Shown piece after piece: positions 19,352 to 29,742 of a stretch of DNA of 59,491 bases. A program made the position numbers and the translations under genes. A model generated the notes under the pieces. That model saw nothing but the letters and a program-made list of their open reading frames with translations, had not been told where the DNA came from and ran no database searches. Every line of letters starts with the position of its first letter. Position 1 is the stretch's first letter. The DNA is from a virus. Its lineage: Duplodnaviria > Caudoviricetes. The stretch lies in IMG/VR virus record IMGVR_UViG_3300049045_000044, positions 1-59,491 of that record. One strand, given 5' to 3'.

Positions 19352-20810
19352 TGCTGTGTACCTTTTGACCGCCACCCATTTCTTTTTCAATGCGGCCGAG
19401 TTGCCCAGCAAAGTAAGACCGCATTATCCGTTCCATCTTTTTTTCAAACCGCAACCGTTCCGCCTCGTCTGGCGGCCGGCCGTTTACTTTTTTCAATCGC
19501 GCCTTACCCATCATTCCCTCATCCTCTGGCATCTCCTCCTCAACGGCCGCTATCGGTTGCACGGCCGCCGGTTCAGGCATCTTATCAAATTCAGAGCGCA
19601 AGACGGGGGTAACGGTATTCGGCCGTAAGTACACATCCCCTAACTTGCCAATCGCCGGCAATCCTACCTCCTGATAAAATTCATTCAGCGTTAATGCGCC
19701 CTTTTCAAAAGCGGCCGTTGCCCTTTCCCATCGGCCGTTGCGCTCCTCTTGCAAGGCCGGTACGCCAGAAAAATCCCACTCAACAAGTAGGTTGTCGCCA
19801 AACTCAGGGGCAAGGTCATTTTGTACCGGATCATCATAATGCTGGTACATGGGCATTAGCGAATCTTCCCACCAGGCCGAACGCGCCTCTTTGTAGTTGG
19901 AATACGTCGCCCGGTCTAGCCCCACCTTCGCCCCTACCAGAATCGGCGGCACGTCTAACACCTGGCAGATACGCGCCTCGCTACGGCTATCCAACACGTC
20001 GAAGCCCATTTCCTTAAAGGAGGAAGCTACCTGCTGATACTCGGCATCACTGTCTAAGACGGCCGGTTCCAACCAATGCTCGTGTCCCCCATACCGCTCG
20101 GCCCAACGCCGCCGGATGTTGGTTACGTCGGTGTCCTGTAGCTTCTGTTTCGTTTTGAGCAACCCGGCCGGCATCCCGCCCTTCTCAAAAAATAGCTTTA
20201 GGTGGTCGGTGGTGGCGTTATCCACGTCCCCTACTCGCGCCGCTACTGCTACCGGCGGCCAGCCCTGGTACATATTGAGCGGATCAAAGGTCTTAAAGCG
20301 TAGTACGTCTTCCGGCCGCAACGTCACCGGGGTTAGTCCTGGCGGGCCGTATTCATAGCCCCCTATCATTTTCTGGCTTGACCGGATAACCGTTACCCAA
20401 TCAGGGCGCAGCGGCCACAGGGCGATAACTTGTCCGCTGCGGCTGCGCTCCTTTTCAAAGTACACGTCACCGGCTAGCTTTTGTAAGGTCGTGACGGCCG
20501 TCCAGAAGTCAAATTCCGTCATAAATGGATTCGGCCGGGCAATCAGCCGGGCAAGGGGATGGTTGGCAAGTGGCTCCTCACTTCCCTTTTGCTTGACGAC
20601 TAAATGCACACTAGAGGCTGTATTTGCCGTTTTGTTGATACAGGCGAAGATTAGCTCGTTCTTGCGCCAGCCCTGCTTGACCATGTTCTCAAAGTTTATG
20701 CCACCATAGCTTGGTGTCATTTCTTGCCAGGAAGGGAGCATGGTAGCAATCGCCTTCTGTCCAGAGAAGGCCACGCGCCAGGCGAGGGAAAGACGTTGCC
20801 AGAAGTTCAT
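19332..20810 (-). CDS. Portal protein (HK97 family)
   Basis: RPNPFMT, LWPLRPDWV, FEKGGMPAG, ICQVLDVPP, ATYSN, TLNEF; start placed at ATG 20810 (alternative 20873). Confidence 0.95.
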   Translation of the reverse strand: MNFWQRLSLAWRVAFSGQKAIATMLPSWQEMTPSYGGINFENMVKQGWRKNELIFACINKTANTASSVHLVVKQKGSEEPLANHPLARLIARPNPFMTEFDFWTAVTTLQKLAGDVYFEKERSRSGQVIALWPLRPDWVTVIRSSQKMIGGYEYGPPGLTPVTLRPEDVLRFKTFDPLNMYQGWPPVAVAARVGDVDNATTDHLKLFFEKGGMPAGLLKTKQKLQDTDVTNIRRRWAERYGGHEHWLEPAVLDSDAEYQQVASSFKEMGFDVLDSRSEARICQVLDVPPILVGAKVGLDRATYSNYKEARSAWWEDSLMPMYQHYDDPVQNDLAPEFGDNLLVEWDFSGVPALQEERNGRWERATAAFEKGALTLNEFYQEVGLPAIGKLGDVYLRPNTVTPVLRSEFDKMPEPAAVQPIAAVEEEMPEDEGMMGKARLKKVNGRPPDEAERLRFEKKMERIMRSYFAGQLGRIEKEMGGGQKVHSNGTATA

Positions 20811-20856
20811 AAACAAAAACCGGGCCACGAATCTAGTTAAGGATTCGTGGCCCGGT
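20811..20856 (-). terminator. Intrinsic terminator-like hairpin directly before the portal ATG
   Basis: 15-bp stem ACCGGGCCACGAATC/GATTCGTGGCCCGGT followed by TTTTGTTT on the minus strand. Confidence 0.7.
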
Positions 20857-20887
20857 GAATAATCAGAGGGCATATTAAGTTTTGAGT

Positions 20888-20916
20888 AGCATACAGCAAT
20901 AGTACCACTATTGCAA
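20888..20916 (-). promoter_or_regulatory. Sigma70-type promoter with palindromic operator
   Basis: TTGCAA-17-TATGCT; spacer overlaps GCAATAGT-ACC-ACTATTGC (20896-20914). Confidence 0.6.
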
Positions 20917-20933
20917 CGGCCGTTAGTCCCTTC

Positions 20934-21131
20934 TTACCGGGAGCGCTCCCTCTCCGGCACAGTCTGCGGCCGTCCTAGCAATCTATCCAACGCCCTTAGT
21001 TCCGTAATCACCGCCCGCCGTTTCTCCTCATAGTATTGCCGCTGTCCAGCCGAAAGTACGGAGACAGGGGTGTCTACTAAATCAGCTACGGCCGTTGGGG
21101 TTATCTTGTAGATAGCGGCTTGCTCAGACAT
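20934..21131 (-). CDS. Hypothetical protein
   Basis: Overlaps TerL end; helical RRAVITELRALDRLLG. Confidence 0.55.
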   Translation of the reverse strand: MSEQAAIYKITPTAVADLVDTPVSVLSAGQRQYYEEKRRAVITELRALDRLLGRPQTVPERERSR

Positions 21132-22491
21132 GAATACCGCCTGTGGGGTCAAGTTCTACCAGCTCGTTAAACGCACCGCTGCTGGCGTCTGGTATATCAT
21201 CATGGGATAAATCAGGGAATCCGTGCATCTGACTTAGCCACCGCTCATTCCAATCGCCGCGCAATAGCTTAACATTGCCAACGGCCGCCTGTGCCGATAG
21301 AGGCTTCGACCTCGTTACCTTGTCACCCTGCGGCCGAACACCGGCCGCATCATAGCCTGATAACTTGGTCGTTATCTGGTAACTATCCCGCTTGCCACTT
21401 GCCCCGCCCTCCTCTTCCCATCGGACACGCACATGCTTTCCATCCTGCCCAGCCGTGTTGCTCATGCGCCGATCAATATCGGCCGGGCCTAACCGTTCAT
21501 CTACGCAATCCAGCACAATGTACAAATTGTCGAGCCTGCCCATCTTCACCCCGGCCGTGAAGTCGGGATCATCACTGGCTATCTTCTTTTCACTAGCTGC
21601 CAAGTCCCAATAGCGCACAATCCACATAAAACCGGCCGGGATCGTGTCTATAATTTCAAACCAACCTCGATTAAAGACCTTGCCGGCGGCCGGTTTAATC
21701 TTGTGGTTAGCCCTCAATAATCGTTCCCGGTCTATGGGGTCAAGAGCAAATAGGTTAGCCAAGTAGCCGGGGTCGGCCTCAAGTAGAATCTTGTTGTCGT
21801 AAACGGTGGAGAGAATATAGGTAAAGGACTTGGGTGGAACGGCCGGGTAAGCGGTAACGGCCGCTTCTTCACTGTCAAACCAGTGCAGTTTATCATCTAG
21901 GTTGACAAACCAGCGTATCATGCCGCTACGTTCAGGAATGGGATAGCCCTCATCATCTATATACCAGCCAACAAATTCGTGAATCCAACCGCCAATGGGA
22001 TCATCGGCCGGTACAGGGTTGTAATTGCCGCGAATGTACGGCCGTATACCACAGGTCGTGCGGCTACGGCTGAACATATAAAACACCTGCTTGCGGGTGA
22101 AGTGTTCCAACTGGTCAAAACATATCAGCGGTATTTGCGCCCCCTGCCAGTTAAAGCGATCATCCTCCCGTTCCATGTGGGCAAACTTGACCGTATTGTT
22201 ATAGGGGGGAAATCGCCAATCTAGCAGAGACTCGCGGGGGATGGCTCCTAACGGCCGGTATAGCTTGACCGCTTCATCCCACAGGCCACCCTCATTGGTA
22301 ATCTGTGGCGTAGTGCGACGAAAGACAACCGCGCCAAAATCTTTGACCGTGCTAATATGGCGCAATGGTTCTAACAGCAGGGCAAATGTCTTACCACCAC
22401 CGGCCGCGCCGCCATAGAAGGCTATATCGGCCGATGTACTGAGGAAAGATTCCTGCGGGCCGGGTTGTGGTCTAATCGCTATCGCGTCCAT
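21124..22491 (-). CDS. terL: Terminase large subunit
   Basis: Walker A YGGAAGGGKT, Walker B ICFDQL, nuclease RYWDLA and HDDIPDA. Confidence 0.97.
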   Translation of the reverse strand: MDAIAIRPQPGPQESFLSTSADIAFYGGAAGGGKTFALLLEPLRHISTVKDFGAVVFRRTTPQITNEGGLWDEAVKLYRPLGAIPRESLLDWRFPPYNNTVKFAHMEREDDRFNWQGAQIPLICFDQLEHFTRKQVFYMFSRSRTTCGIRPYIRGNYNPVPADDPIGGWIHEFVGWYIDDEGYPIPERSGMIRWFVNLDDKLHWFDSEEAAVTAYPAVPPKSFTYILSTVYDNKILLEADPGYLANLFALDPIDRERLLRANHKIKPAAGKVFNRGWFEIIDTIPAGFMWIVRYWDLAASEKKIASDDPDFTAGVKMGRLDNLYIVLDCVDERLGPADIDRRMSNTAGQDGKHVRVRWEEEGGASGKRDSYQITTKLSGYDAAGVRPQGDKVTRSKPLSAQAAVGNVKLLRGDWNERWLSQMHGFPDLSHDDIPDASSGAFNELVELDPTGGIHV

Positions 22492-22867
22492 TATTGGGAA
22501 GATAGATAACAGGTGCTTTGATTGGTTCGCCGCCGCTGGTAACGTCTACCGCTTCACCGTAGCCCCGCGCCTTGCCCTTCTTGGTTAAGTACCATTTGGC
22601 ATCCGAGCTGTCTACCAGGATTGCACCCCCGGCTGCCCGATACTGCCGATGGGCAGCTATCATATTGCCGATTACGATTGACTCGGCAATATCTAGTGGT
22701 GTTTCAAGTTCCTCGTTAAAGGCTTCTTCGGCCGTTTTCCACCGCTTCAGGTAGTTATCAACCGTCCAGCGGGTAACGCCCAGGCGGTCGGCAATCGTGC
22801 GTTTTATGCCCTGACTACCCTTGATAGCTGTTAGTACCTCGTCTAGGTTGTTCTTGAGGTCTGCCAT
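22472..22867 (-). CDS. terS: Terminase small subunit
   Basis: HTH (IADRLGVTRWTV), KWYLTKKGKARGY, VDVTSGGEPI; upstream of TerL. Confidence 0.85.
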   Translation of the reverse strand: MADLKNNLDEVLTAIKGSQGIKRTIADRLGVTRWTVDNYLKRWKTAEEAFNEELETPLDIAESIVIGNMIAAHRQYRAAGGAILVDSSDAKWYLTKKGKARGYGEAVDVTSGGEPIKAPVIYLPNNGRDSD

Positions 22868-22934
22868 AGTTGAATAAGTAGAAAATCAATCAAAGCGAAC
22901 GGCCGTCTACTCGACTAGCTGCGGGCGGCAAACT

Positions 22935-22963
22935 TTGAAACAATCGATCATCTGTGCTATAAT
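22935..22963 (+). promoter_or_regulatory. Promoter for the inverted endonuclease gene
   Basis: TTGAAA-17-TATAAT with extended TG. Confidence 0.75.
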
Positions 22964-22969
22964 GTACTC

Positions 22970-23078
22970 GTCTAGGTAGCACAACCCGCCAGAGGGATAT
23001 ATACTTATTAACTACCCCCCTTCGGTTTAGCGGGTGCTGCCTAGACAACAGTCCCAACCGAAGGGGGCTTTGGTTTTT
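22970..23078 (+). ncRNA. Structured 5' leader (A-B-A'-B' attenuator-like), copy 1
   Basis: A 22970-22989 pairs A' 23030-23046; B 23016-23027 pairs B' 23056-23067; T-rich tail. Confidence 0.55.
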
Positions 23079-23090
23079 AGGTAGGCAAGA

Positions 23091-23912
23091 ATGGGAAGAA
23101 ACACCCCGCCGAAAATCAAGACCTGTCCGCTTTGCGGTATTGAATTTACTCACCAGGGGAATGCCAAGAGATGCAAAGAGTGTCGCTTTAGGTGTTTGGA
23201 TTGTGGGGAGAAAAAGAAATACTACGGCAAATACTGCGGTCGTTGCAAGGACAAGCGCAGGGTCTACACCCGGCCGTGTAGCTATCCCGGCTGCACCAAA
23301 AAGATAATGGACAGGAACAAAACGGGCGTTTGCGAAGAACACCGCGATTACTCCAAGCAATCCCAAAACCTTAGAAAGAAGTTGGAGCGGCAGAGGAGCC
23401 ACCCCCAATATCCGCGCAATGAATTTACCCGCAAAAAGATTATCCCCGCCAAGTGCGTGGTTTGTGGTAAAGCCTTTTTGACATCTCACGACACTCTTAA
23501 ACAAGCCGAGAAAACCGGGAGCAGTCGGGTTTGTTCCTCCCGCTGTCAGGGGGTATGGGCGGCGAAGCATACCCCACGCAGAGACACCAGCATTGAGCGC
23601 AAGATAGAATCTGCCATTAAGGAGCGCGGGTGGAACTATCAAAAGCAAGTTCCTCTTTGCGGAGCAACCATTGTTGACTTTTACCTTCCAGACCACAGGA
23701 TTGTCATTTATTGCGACGGGACATTCTGGCATCAAACACCAGAGCGCAAGGCGAGTGACAAGCGACAAAACGCCATTCTCAAAAAGAGCAGGTATACCGT
23801 CTATCGCTTTGGGGAAGATGAAATCAATAAATCGCCTCATAGTTGCCTTGACAGGATCACGATTGAATCAAAACCGGTTCACCGCCAGTTGCATCTACCC
23901 ATCGCTGAATAG
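23091..23912 (+). CDS. Zinc-finger plus DUF559/Vsr-like PD-(D/E)XK endonuclease (homing-type)
   Basis: Multiple CxxC pairs; TSIE, IVDFYLP, IYCDGTFWH, D.RQN..L...Y.VYRF.E. Confidence 0.85.
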   Translation: MGRNTPPKIKTCPLCGIEFTHQGNAKRCKECRFRCLDCGEKKKYYGKYCGRCKDKRRVYTRPCSYPGCTKKIMDRNKTGVCEEHRDYSKQSQNLRKKLERQRSHPQYPRNEFTRKKIIPAKCVVCGKAFLTSHDTLKQAEKTGSSRVCSSRCQGVWAAKHTPRRDTSIERKIESAIKERGWNYQKQVPLCGATIVDFYLPDHRIVIYCDGTFWHQTPERKASDKRQNAILKKSRYTVYRFGEDEINKSPHSCLDRITIESKPVHRQLHLPIAE

Positions 23913-25268
23913 TGACAGCAACATATTTTGGCAATAGTTCTATGCCCAACCCCCGACGGCCGTTCGCCTGTGCAGCCATGATGGTTGTACCACTGCCGGA
24001 AAAGGGGTCAATCCATGCGTCCCCCTCGTCGGAATATGCCTTGATAAAAAACTCCGGTAACTGTGGGGGGAAGGCGGCCTCGTGTCCTCTTGTTTCGTCA
24101 TTAGAAAATGATTTTATTACGTTTGACGGATAGGCCAAGCCGGGGGCGTATTCCTGCCCCCCAAATATCCATGACGTATGCCCCTGTAATTTATTGGCGG
24201 CCTTTCCGTACTGTTTTTTACCCTGTTTACCCGCCCAATTGGTATTTCCTACGCCCGGCCCCCCAGGAATCGGAACGGAATCAGATTCATGTCTAACCGC
24301 CTCTGGCCTAAACTTAAAACCCTTTTGTGTGGCGGCGAAGTGGTAGACCGGCTCAAAACCGTTTTTGAAGCTATATTTAACCTGTCTCGGCACACCACTA
24401 CGCAACCAACAAAACTCGTCAACAAACGACCATTGCCACCGGCGAACCATAGCCGTCACCAGATCCGTTACATACAAACTGCGCTCCCCGTCTTCGGAGT
24501 GTGGCTTGATATTCAGAAAAAACGACCCGTCTTTCTCAATATGCTTCCTGGCGGTGTCTTGAACAAGCTCCCACCAGTCAACATATTCACCGGCCGGGAT
24601 GCCCCCATATTGCTCCTCCCGCTGCTCGGCATAGGGGGGGCTTGTAAATACTGAGTTCGCTTTTTTTACACCGGCCGCCCCCAATAGCCTTTCCCACGTA
24701 TCAGAATCCCGACAATCGCCGCAAATTAGAACGTTCCGGCCTAGTTGCCATGCCTGCCCCTGAGTGGTTTGATATTGCTCCATGAGGGCATCCGCCCTGT
24801 CAAATTGCGGTTCGGCATCGGCCGTTTCTTCTTCGCTCGTTGCACCTGTGCCGTCAAACATCAATTCGATTTCGGTCGGCTTGAACCAATCTCCTAAATC
24901 CAACCCGGCCGCTAAATCCATCTCAATAACGGCCGGGTCGAAGTCAATGCTAACCTGTGCGCTGCGATTCAGGGCATAGGCTAATTCCCTACCATCGGCC
25001 GTATCCAGGTCAATATCCGGCCGTCGAATGTAAACGGGTTTAGTGCCGTCCACGTCGATGACAATCGCCTCGGTAGCATCTAGTACGTCATGGGCAATCT
25101 CGGTTCTCAGGTTGCCGCCGATAATTTTATTGTTCTTATCCAGTGTGCCGGCCTCGGCATAACCGAACCGCTCCATTGACCGGCGAACCATGTACTCGCC
25201 CCGCTCTGAGTGCTTGTTGGCGTTCCTGGGGTCTTGCTCTATTGAGTCGAGAGGTACAATATCAGCCT

Positions 25269-25272
<4 letters not shown>
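23857..25272 (-). CDS. ParB-like N-terminal domain fused to beta-class N4/N6 DNA methyltransferase
   Basis: DPRNANKH...IIGGN.R; TSPPY; HEAAFP..LPEFFI; DPFSGSGTT. Confidence 0.9.
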
Positions 25273-26574
<1,302 letters not shown>

Positions 26575-26583
26575 TAAACGTAC

Positions 26584-26612
26584 AGTATAAACATGTTGAC
26601 CGATTATGACAA
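26584..26612 (-). promoter_or_regulatory. Promoter heading the late operon
   Basis: TTGTCA-17-TATACT, 9 nt before ATG 26574. Confidence 0.65.
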
Positions 26613-26617
26613 TCCCC

Positions 26618-26815
26618 CTATTTTCGCGGCCGTCCTACCCTACGCTTGACAACCAATTCACCAGCGGCAATCAATCGTAATAACGCACTAATGGAAGGCT
26701 CACCGGCCGTGTCCCCCGTTTTGGCCGTTGCCCCCACCCTATCGGCTACCCGCTCCAATTCACGCCAATCATCTACCGGCAAGCCAATCGTCCGTTTTTG
26801 TCTACGTTGTTTCAT
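26618..26815 (-). CDS. Small RHH-like DNA-binding protein (leaderless)
   Basis: KRTIGLP..DWRELERVA...SISALLRLIA; C-terminal GRPRK. Confidence 0.65.
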   Translation of the reverse strand: MKQRRQKRTIGLPVDDWRELERVADRVGATAKTGDTAGEPSISALLRLIAAGELVVKRRVGRPRK

Positions 26816-26821
26816 GAGGCG

Positions 26822-26897
26822 ATTGTAAGACCTTGCTCTTTTCTCGTCAACAAAGTGGATATTCCCTATTGACGTAGCTACGTGACTGTGCTATAAT
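26822..26897. promoter_or_regulatory. Back-to-back divergent promoters with palindromic operator
   Basis: Minus: TTGACG(26850-45)-17-TACAAT; plus: TTGACG(26869-74)-17-TATAAT(26892-97); palindrome ACGTAGCTACGT 26872-26883. Confidence 0.8.
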
Positions 26898-26932
26898 TTC
26901 TATAGATTCAGAGACAGACAGGAGACAGCAAA

Positions 26933-27181
26933 ATGAGTACCGTACAAAATATCTTCAATCAAGCCAAGCAAAAAATGACCGATAGCGGCTATACCGTTAG
27001 CGAGGGCGGCAGTTGGATAGATGAGGAGCGCGGCCAGGTTTACGTAAGCAGCGTTGAGTCTTATGGGCCTGCTACCTACGGCCACCCGAAGGCCGAAATT
27101 AGCTACAGTGCCGAAACAGGATGGTACAGTGGAACATTTGAAAAGAGACAGCACAACTTCGCAGTAAAGTTAGGGGCTTAG
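26933..27181 (+). CDS. Early hypothetical protein
   Basis: AGGAG RBS; first gene after the strong promoter. Confidence 0.75.
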   Translation: MSTVQNIFNQAKQKMTDSGYTVSEGGSWIDEERGQVYVSSVESYGPATYGHPKAEISYSAETGWYSGTFEKRQHNFAVKLGA

Positions 27182-27262
27182 TCCCCTCTCTAATGCTAGT
27201 AGCCAGTTGCAACTCTGGCGGTGGAAGCAGAGCAGAGAGTCAGCACAATCAGGAGAAAGCAC

Positions 27263-27439
27263 ATGAAAGAACAAATCAGCATCTGCAAGCGCAACTCAGA
27301 CGGGACATTACGGGTAATCGGCCGTAAATCACTTATGACCACCCTTGACGAAAGCACCATGACCCTACTTGCAACCTACAAGGGCAAGCAGTACACGGTA
27401 GACGGCAATTACATCCTGGGCTATATCATAGTTGAGTAA
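27263..27439 (+). CDS. Early hypothetical protein
   Basis: AGGAG RBS before ATG 27263. Confidence 0.65.
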   Translation: MKEQISICKRNSDGTLRVIGRKSLMTTLDESTMTLLATYKGKQYTVDGNYILGYIIVE

Positions 27440-27445
27440 TCCTAA

Positions 27446-27476
27446 TCCAGTTGCCCGGTTCTGGACAAAAGCCGGG
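27446..27476 (+). ncRNA. H-type pseudoknot-like intergenic element
   Basis: TCCAG/CTGGA and CCCGGTT/AGCCGGG interleaved; related copies at ~27202 and ~27846. Confidence 0.5.
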
Positions 27477-27487
27477 AGGGAGAATCA

Positions 27488-27841
27488 ATGCTATTTCAGG
27501 GCGGTGTCTGCACAATGAATCAGGGCGGCGTTGGCCCCGACAAATACTTGTTTCGCCTAAATAAAGGGGGAACACACGGCCGCTTTCATCTCATCACTAT
27601 TCGTACCGAACCGTACTGGTACGAGCAAGACTTGAAGGCACTATCATTCCTGCTAAGAAACAGTGACCGGCGCGATTATCAGGAATTGAATAGGAGATAT
27701 GTAGCAGAAAAGTTCTCGCATGAAATTACGGCCCAGGAGTTTGTTTACAAGTTTGCTGAAGGTGAATCAAACTACCGCATGTGGGAACATGAGTACCGAT
27801 GGGACAAGGAACAAAAGACCTGGGTCAAGCGAATCAAGTAG
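27488..27841 (+). CDS. Early hypothetical protein
   Basis: ORF with GGAG RBS. Confidence 0.7.
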   Translation: MLFQGGVCTMNQGGVGPDKYLFRLNKGGTHGRFHLITIRTEPYWYEQDLKALSFLLRNSDRRDYQELNRRYVAEKFSHEITAQEFVYKFAEGESNYRMWEHEYRWDKEQKTWVKRIK

Positions 27842-27930
27842 CATCTAATCCAGTTGGCAGACCTGACTAAAACTGCCTAAAAATCACCCGCACTCAATTA
27901 AAAATCTCGCGGGTATCAGGAGACAGGATC

Positions 27931-28380
27931 GTGGAAACGAAAACAGTAGTAATCAACGGCCGCAAAGTTCGGTATCGGGAATACAAAGAGGTTTGGAATG
28001 AGGTACACAACCTCATTCTCGACTATTTGCCAAAGGGACAAAACCAAAATCAACTTATTAAATCATTGGAAAACAGCCGTAATGAGCCGGGTTTTGGTTC
28101 ACTATATATCGAGGTTGAGCGGGCCTGGGGAGTAGGTGCAACACTTCGGGTTAATTGCAACATGAGTTGGACATCCCACGAAACCAGTGACGGTCGGAAA
28201 TTCATTCAGGGAGAACTATCTACCGAGGTCAGTTGGTCGAGTACCGGTCGGGACCTTGCGACGGCGCAGGCGGCCGTTGCGCTCTATCAGGAGTTGATAA
28301 ACCTGGGTGCATTGGTTCAGGCAGCTTATGGCGATACGGTTGGCTACATTGTAGTTGACACGGTAAAGGAAATATCCTAA
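27931..28380 (+). CDS. Early hypothetical protein
   Basis: 149 aa, AGGAG RBS, GTG start. Confidence 0.75.
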   Translation: METKTVVINGRKVRYREYKEVWNEVHNLILDYLPKGQNQNQLIKSLENSRNEPGFGSLYIEVERAWGVGATLRVNCNMSWTSHETSDGRKFIQGELSTEVSWSSTGRDLATAQAAVALYQELINLGALVQAAYGDTVGYIVVDTVKEIS

Positions 28381-28586
28381 TGCCCACAGACACCACCGAA
28401 TCACCCCCGGCCGTTCGCTTCCTGTTCATCCGTTTCAAGGCAACACCCCAGGAACGGGAGCGGCTCTACGCACGGGCAGAAGCGGCCGGTATGAGCGCAT
28501 CTGATTACATTCGCAGCAGAGTGGATATGGCTACGAGGGCCGAACGAGAGAAGGGAGTGAAGGAGGGTAACGATGGCGATAAATAA
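28380..28586 (+). CDS. Ribbon-helix-helix (MobC/CopG-like) regulator
   Basis: FIRFKATPQERERLYARAEAAGMSASDYIR. Confidence 0.8.
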   Translation: MPTDTTESPPAVRFLFIRFKATPQERERLYARAEAAGMSASDYIRSRVDMATRAEREKGVKEGNDGDK

Positions 28587-29166
28587 CTATCAGGTAAGCG
28601 TGCCAGAAGGACAATCGGGCAACTGGAAGGTAGAGCGGTTTACCGTTACCGGGCGCGATGCTGAAATCGAACGTATCCGCGCTATGTTCAGCGGCCGTCG
28701 CGTGCCAGAAGGGACATATACCCGCCTGATGCGCCGGGGACAGGTTATTATGAGTGATACGCCCGATGAAATTAGAGATCATCTTGAACCCATACGCCGG
28801 GCAAGAGGAAGCGTATTGATTAATGGGTTGGGATTGGGCGTTGTCCTACAGGCAGCACTCAATAAGCCAGAGGTTCGGCATGTAACGGTAGTTGAAAAGT
28901 CGCCCGATGTTATCAAGCTGGTTGCTTGGCACTATTACGAACGGTTTGGCTATGATCGCCTGACAGTTGTCGAAGGAGATGCATTTGATTGGAAAATACC
29001 AAAGGGCGCACGTTTTGACGTGGTATGGCATGATATTTGGGACAATCTTTGCGCCGATAACTTAAGGGAAATGAGTGTCTTGCATCGGAAGTTCGGCCGT
29101 AGGACAGACTGGCAAGGTTCATGGGGCCGCGAGTTGTGCCGGCGATACGCAAGGAGTGGATACTAA
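28573..29166 (+). CDS. Class I SAM-dependent methyltransferase (spermidine-synthase-like fold)
   Basis: MSDTPDE, VLINGLGLG, VTVVEKS, GDAF, FDVVWHDIW. Confidence 0.85.
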   Translation: MAINNYQVSVPEGQSGNWKVERFTVTGRDAEIERIRAMFSGRRVPEGTYTRLMRRGQVIMSDTPDEIRDHLEPIRRARGSVLINGLGLGVVLQAALNKPEVRHVTVVEKSPDVIKLVAWHYYERFGYDRLTVVEGDAFDWKIPKGARFDVVWHDIWDNLCADNLREMSVLHRKFGRRTDWQGSWGRELCRRYARSGY

Positions 29167-29402
29167 TGACACTCAGTAAAGTGCAACGGGCAGTACTGGA
29201 AAAGATGGCACAGGGGCATACTCTTGATTACGTTTCCTGGGGTAACGGCCGGGCAAGCCTGGACATGGTACGGATACACCGGGCAACCTTCGACAAGCTA
29301 CGGGATGCCATGTTAATCGAGGGGAAGCAAACAGACAACTTTTTGCATGAGTACACGATTACACTGGCCGGCCGTGATGCCATTGACGGACAGGAGAAAT
29401 AG
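29166..29402 (+). CDS. Winged-helix-like hypothetical protein
   Basis: TAATG coupling; LSKVQRAVL...YTITLAGRDA. Confidence 0.6.
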   Translation: MTLSKVQRAVLEKMAQGHTLDYVSWGNGRASLDMVRIHRATFDKLRDAMLIEGKQTDNFLHEYTITLAGRDAIDGQEK

Positions 29403-29478
29403 CAAGATTCTGGTACGAACAGGAGCAAGAAGATGAGACTGGCTATTACGACAATTTAGGTATCTAGGAGAAACAGCA

Positions 29479-29730
29479 ATGGAAATCACACCGGGCATGA
29501 AGTTTGTAGGGCAAGACCCATCGGGCGATCATTTCTTTCGCATTGTCGAGAGGGTGATTGTGACGGTGGAGGATGGAAGCCTTCTTCCGAATGTATCCGT
29601 CGTGGTTCAGGATGAAAACGGCCGCAACAAGCAAATGAGTTTTTTACAAGTCGTAAAAGCGGTAAAGTCTGGCTGGTGGAGAAGCGTAGAGATGGACGCG
29701 GCCAGTGCTGTGCCCGATGTTGAATTATAG
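29479..29730 (+). CDS. Hypothetical protein
   Basis: AGGAG RBS. Confidence 0.65.
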   Translation: MEITPGMKFVGQDPSGDHFFRIVERVIVTVEDGSLLPNVSVVVQDENGRNKQMSFLQVVKAVKSGWWRSVEMDAASAVPDVEL

Positions 29731-29742
29731 ACAGGAGATAAA

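Noticed and set aside
22890-23840. 316-aa minus-strand ORF as a functional membrane protein
   Set aside because: Its hydrophobicity mirrors Lys/Arg codons of the sense endonuclease gene; kept only as a possible translational bridge
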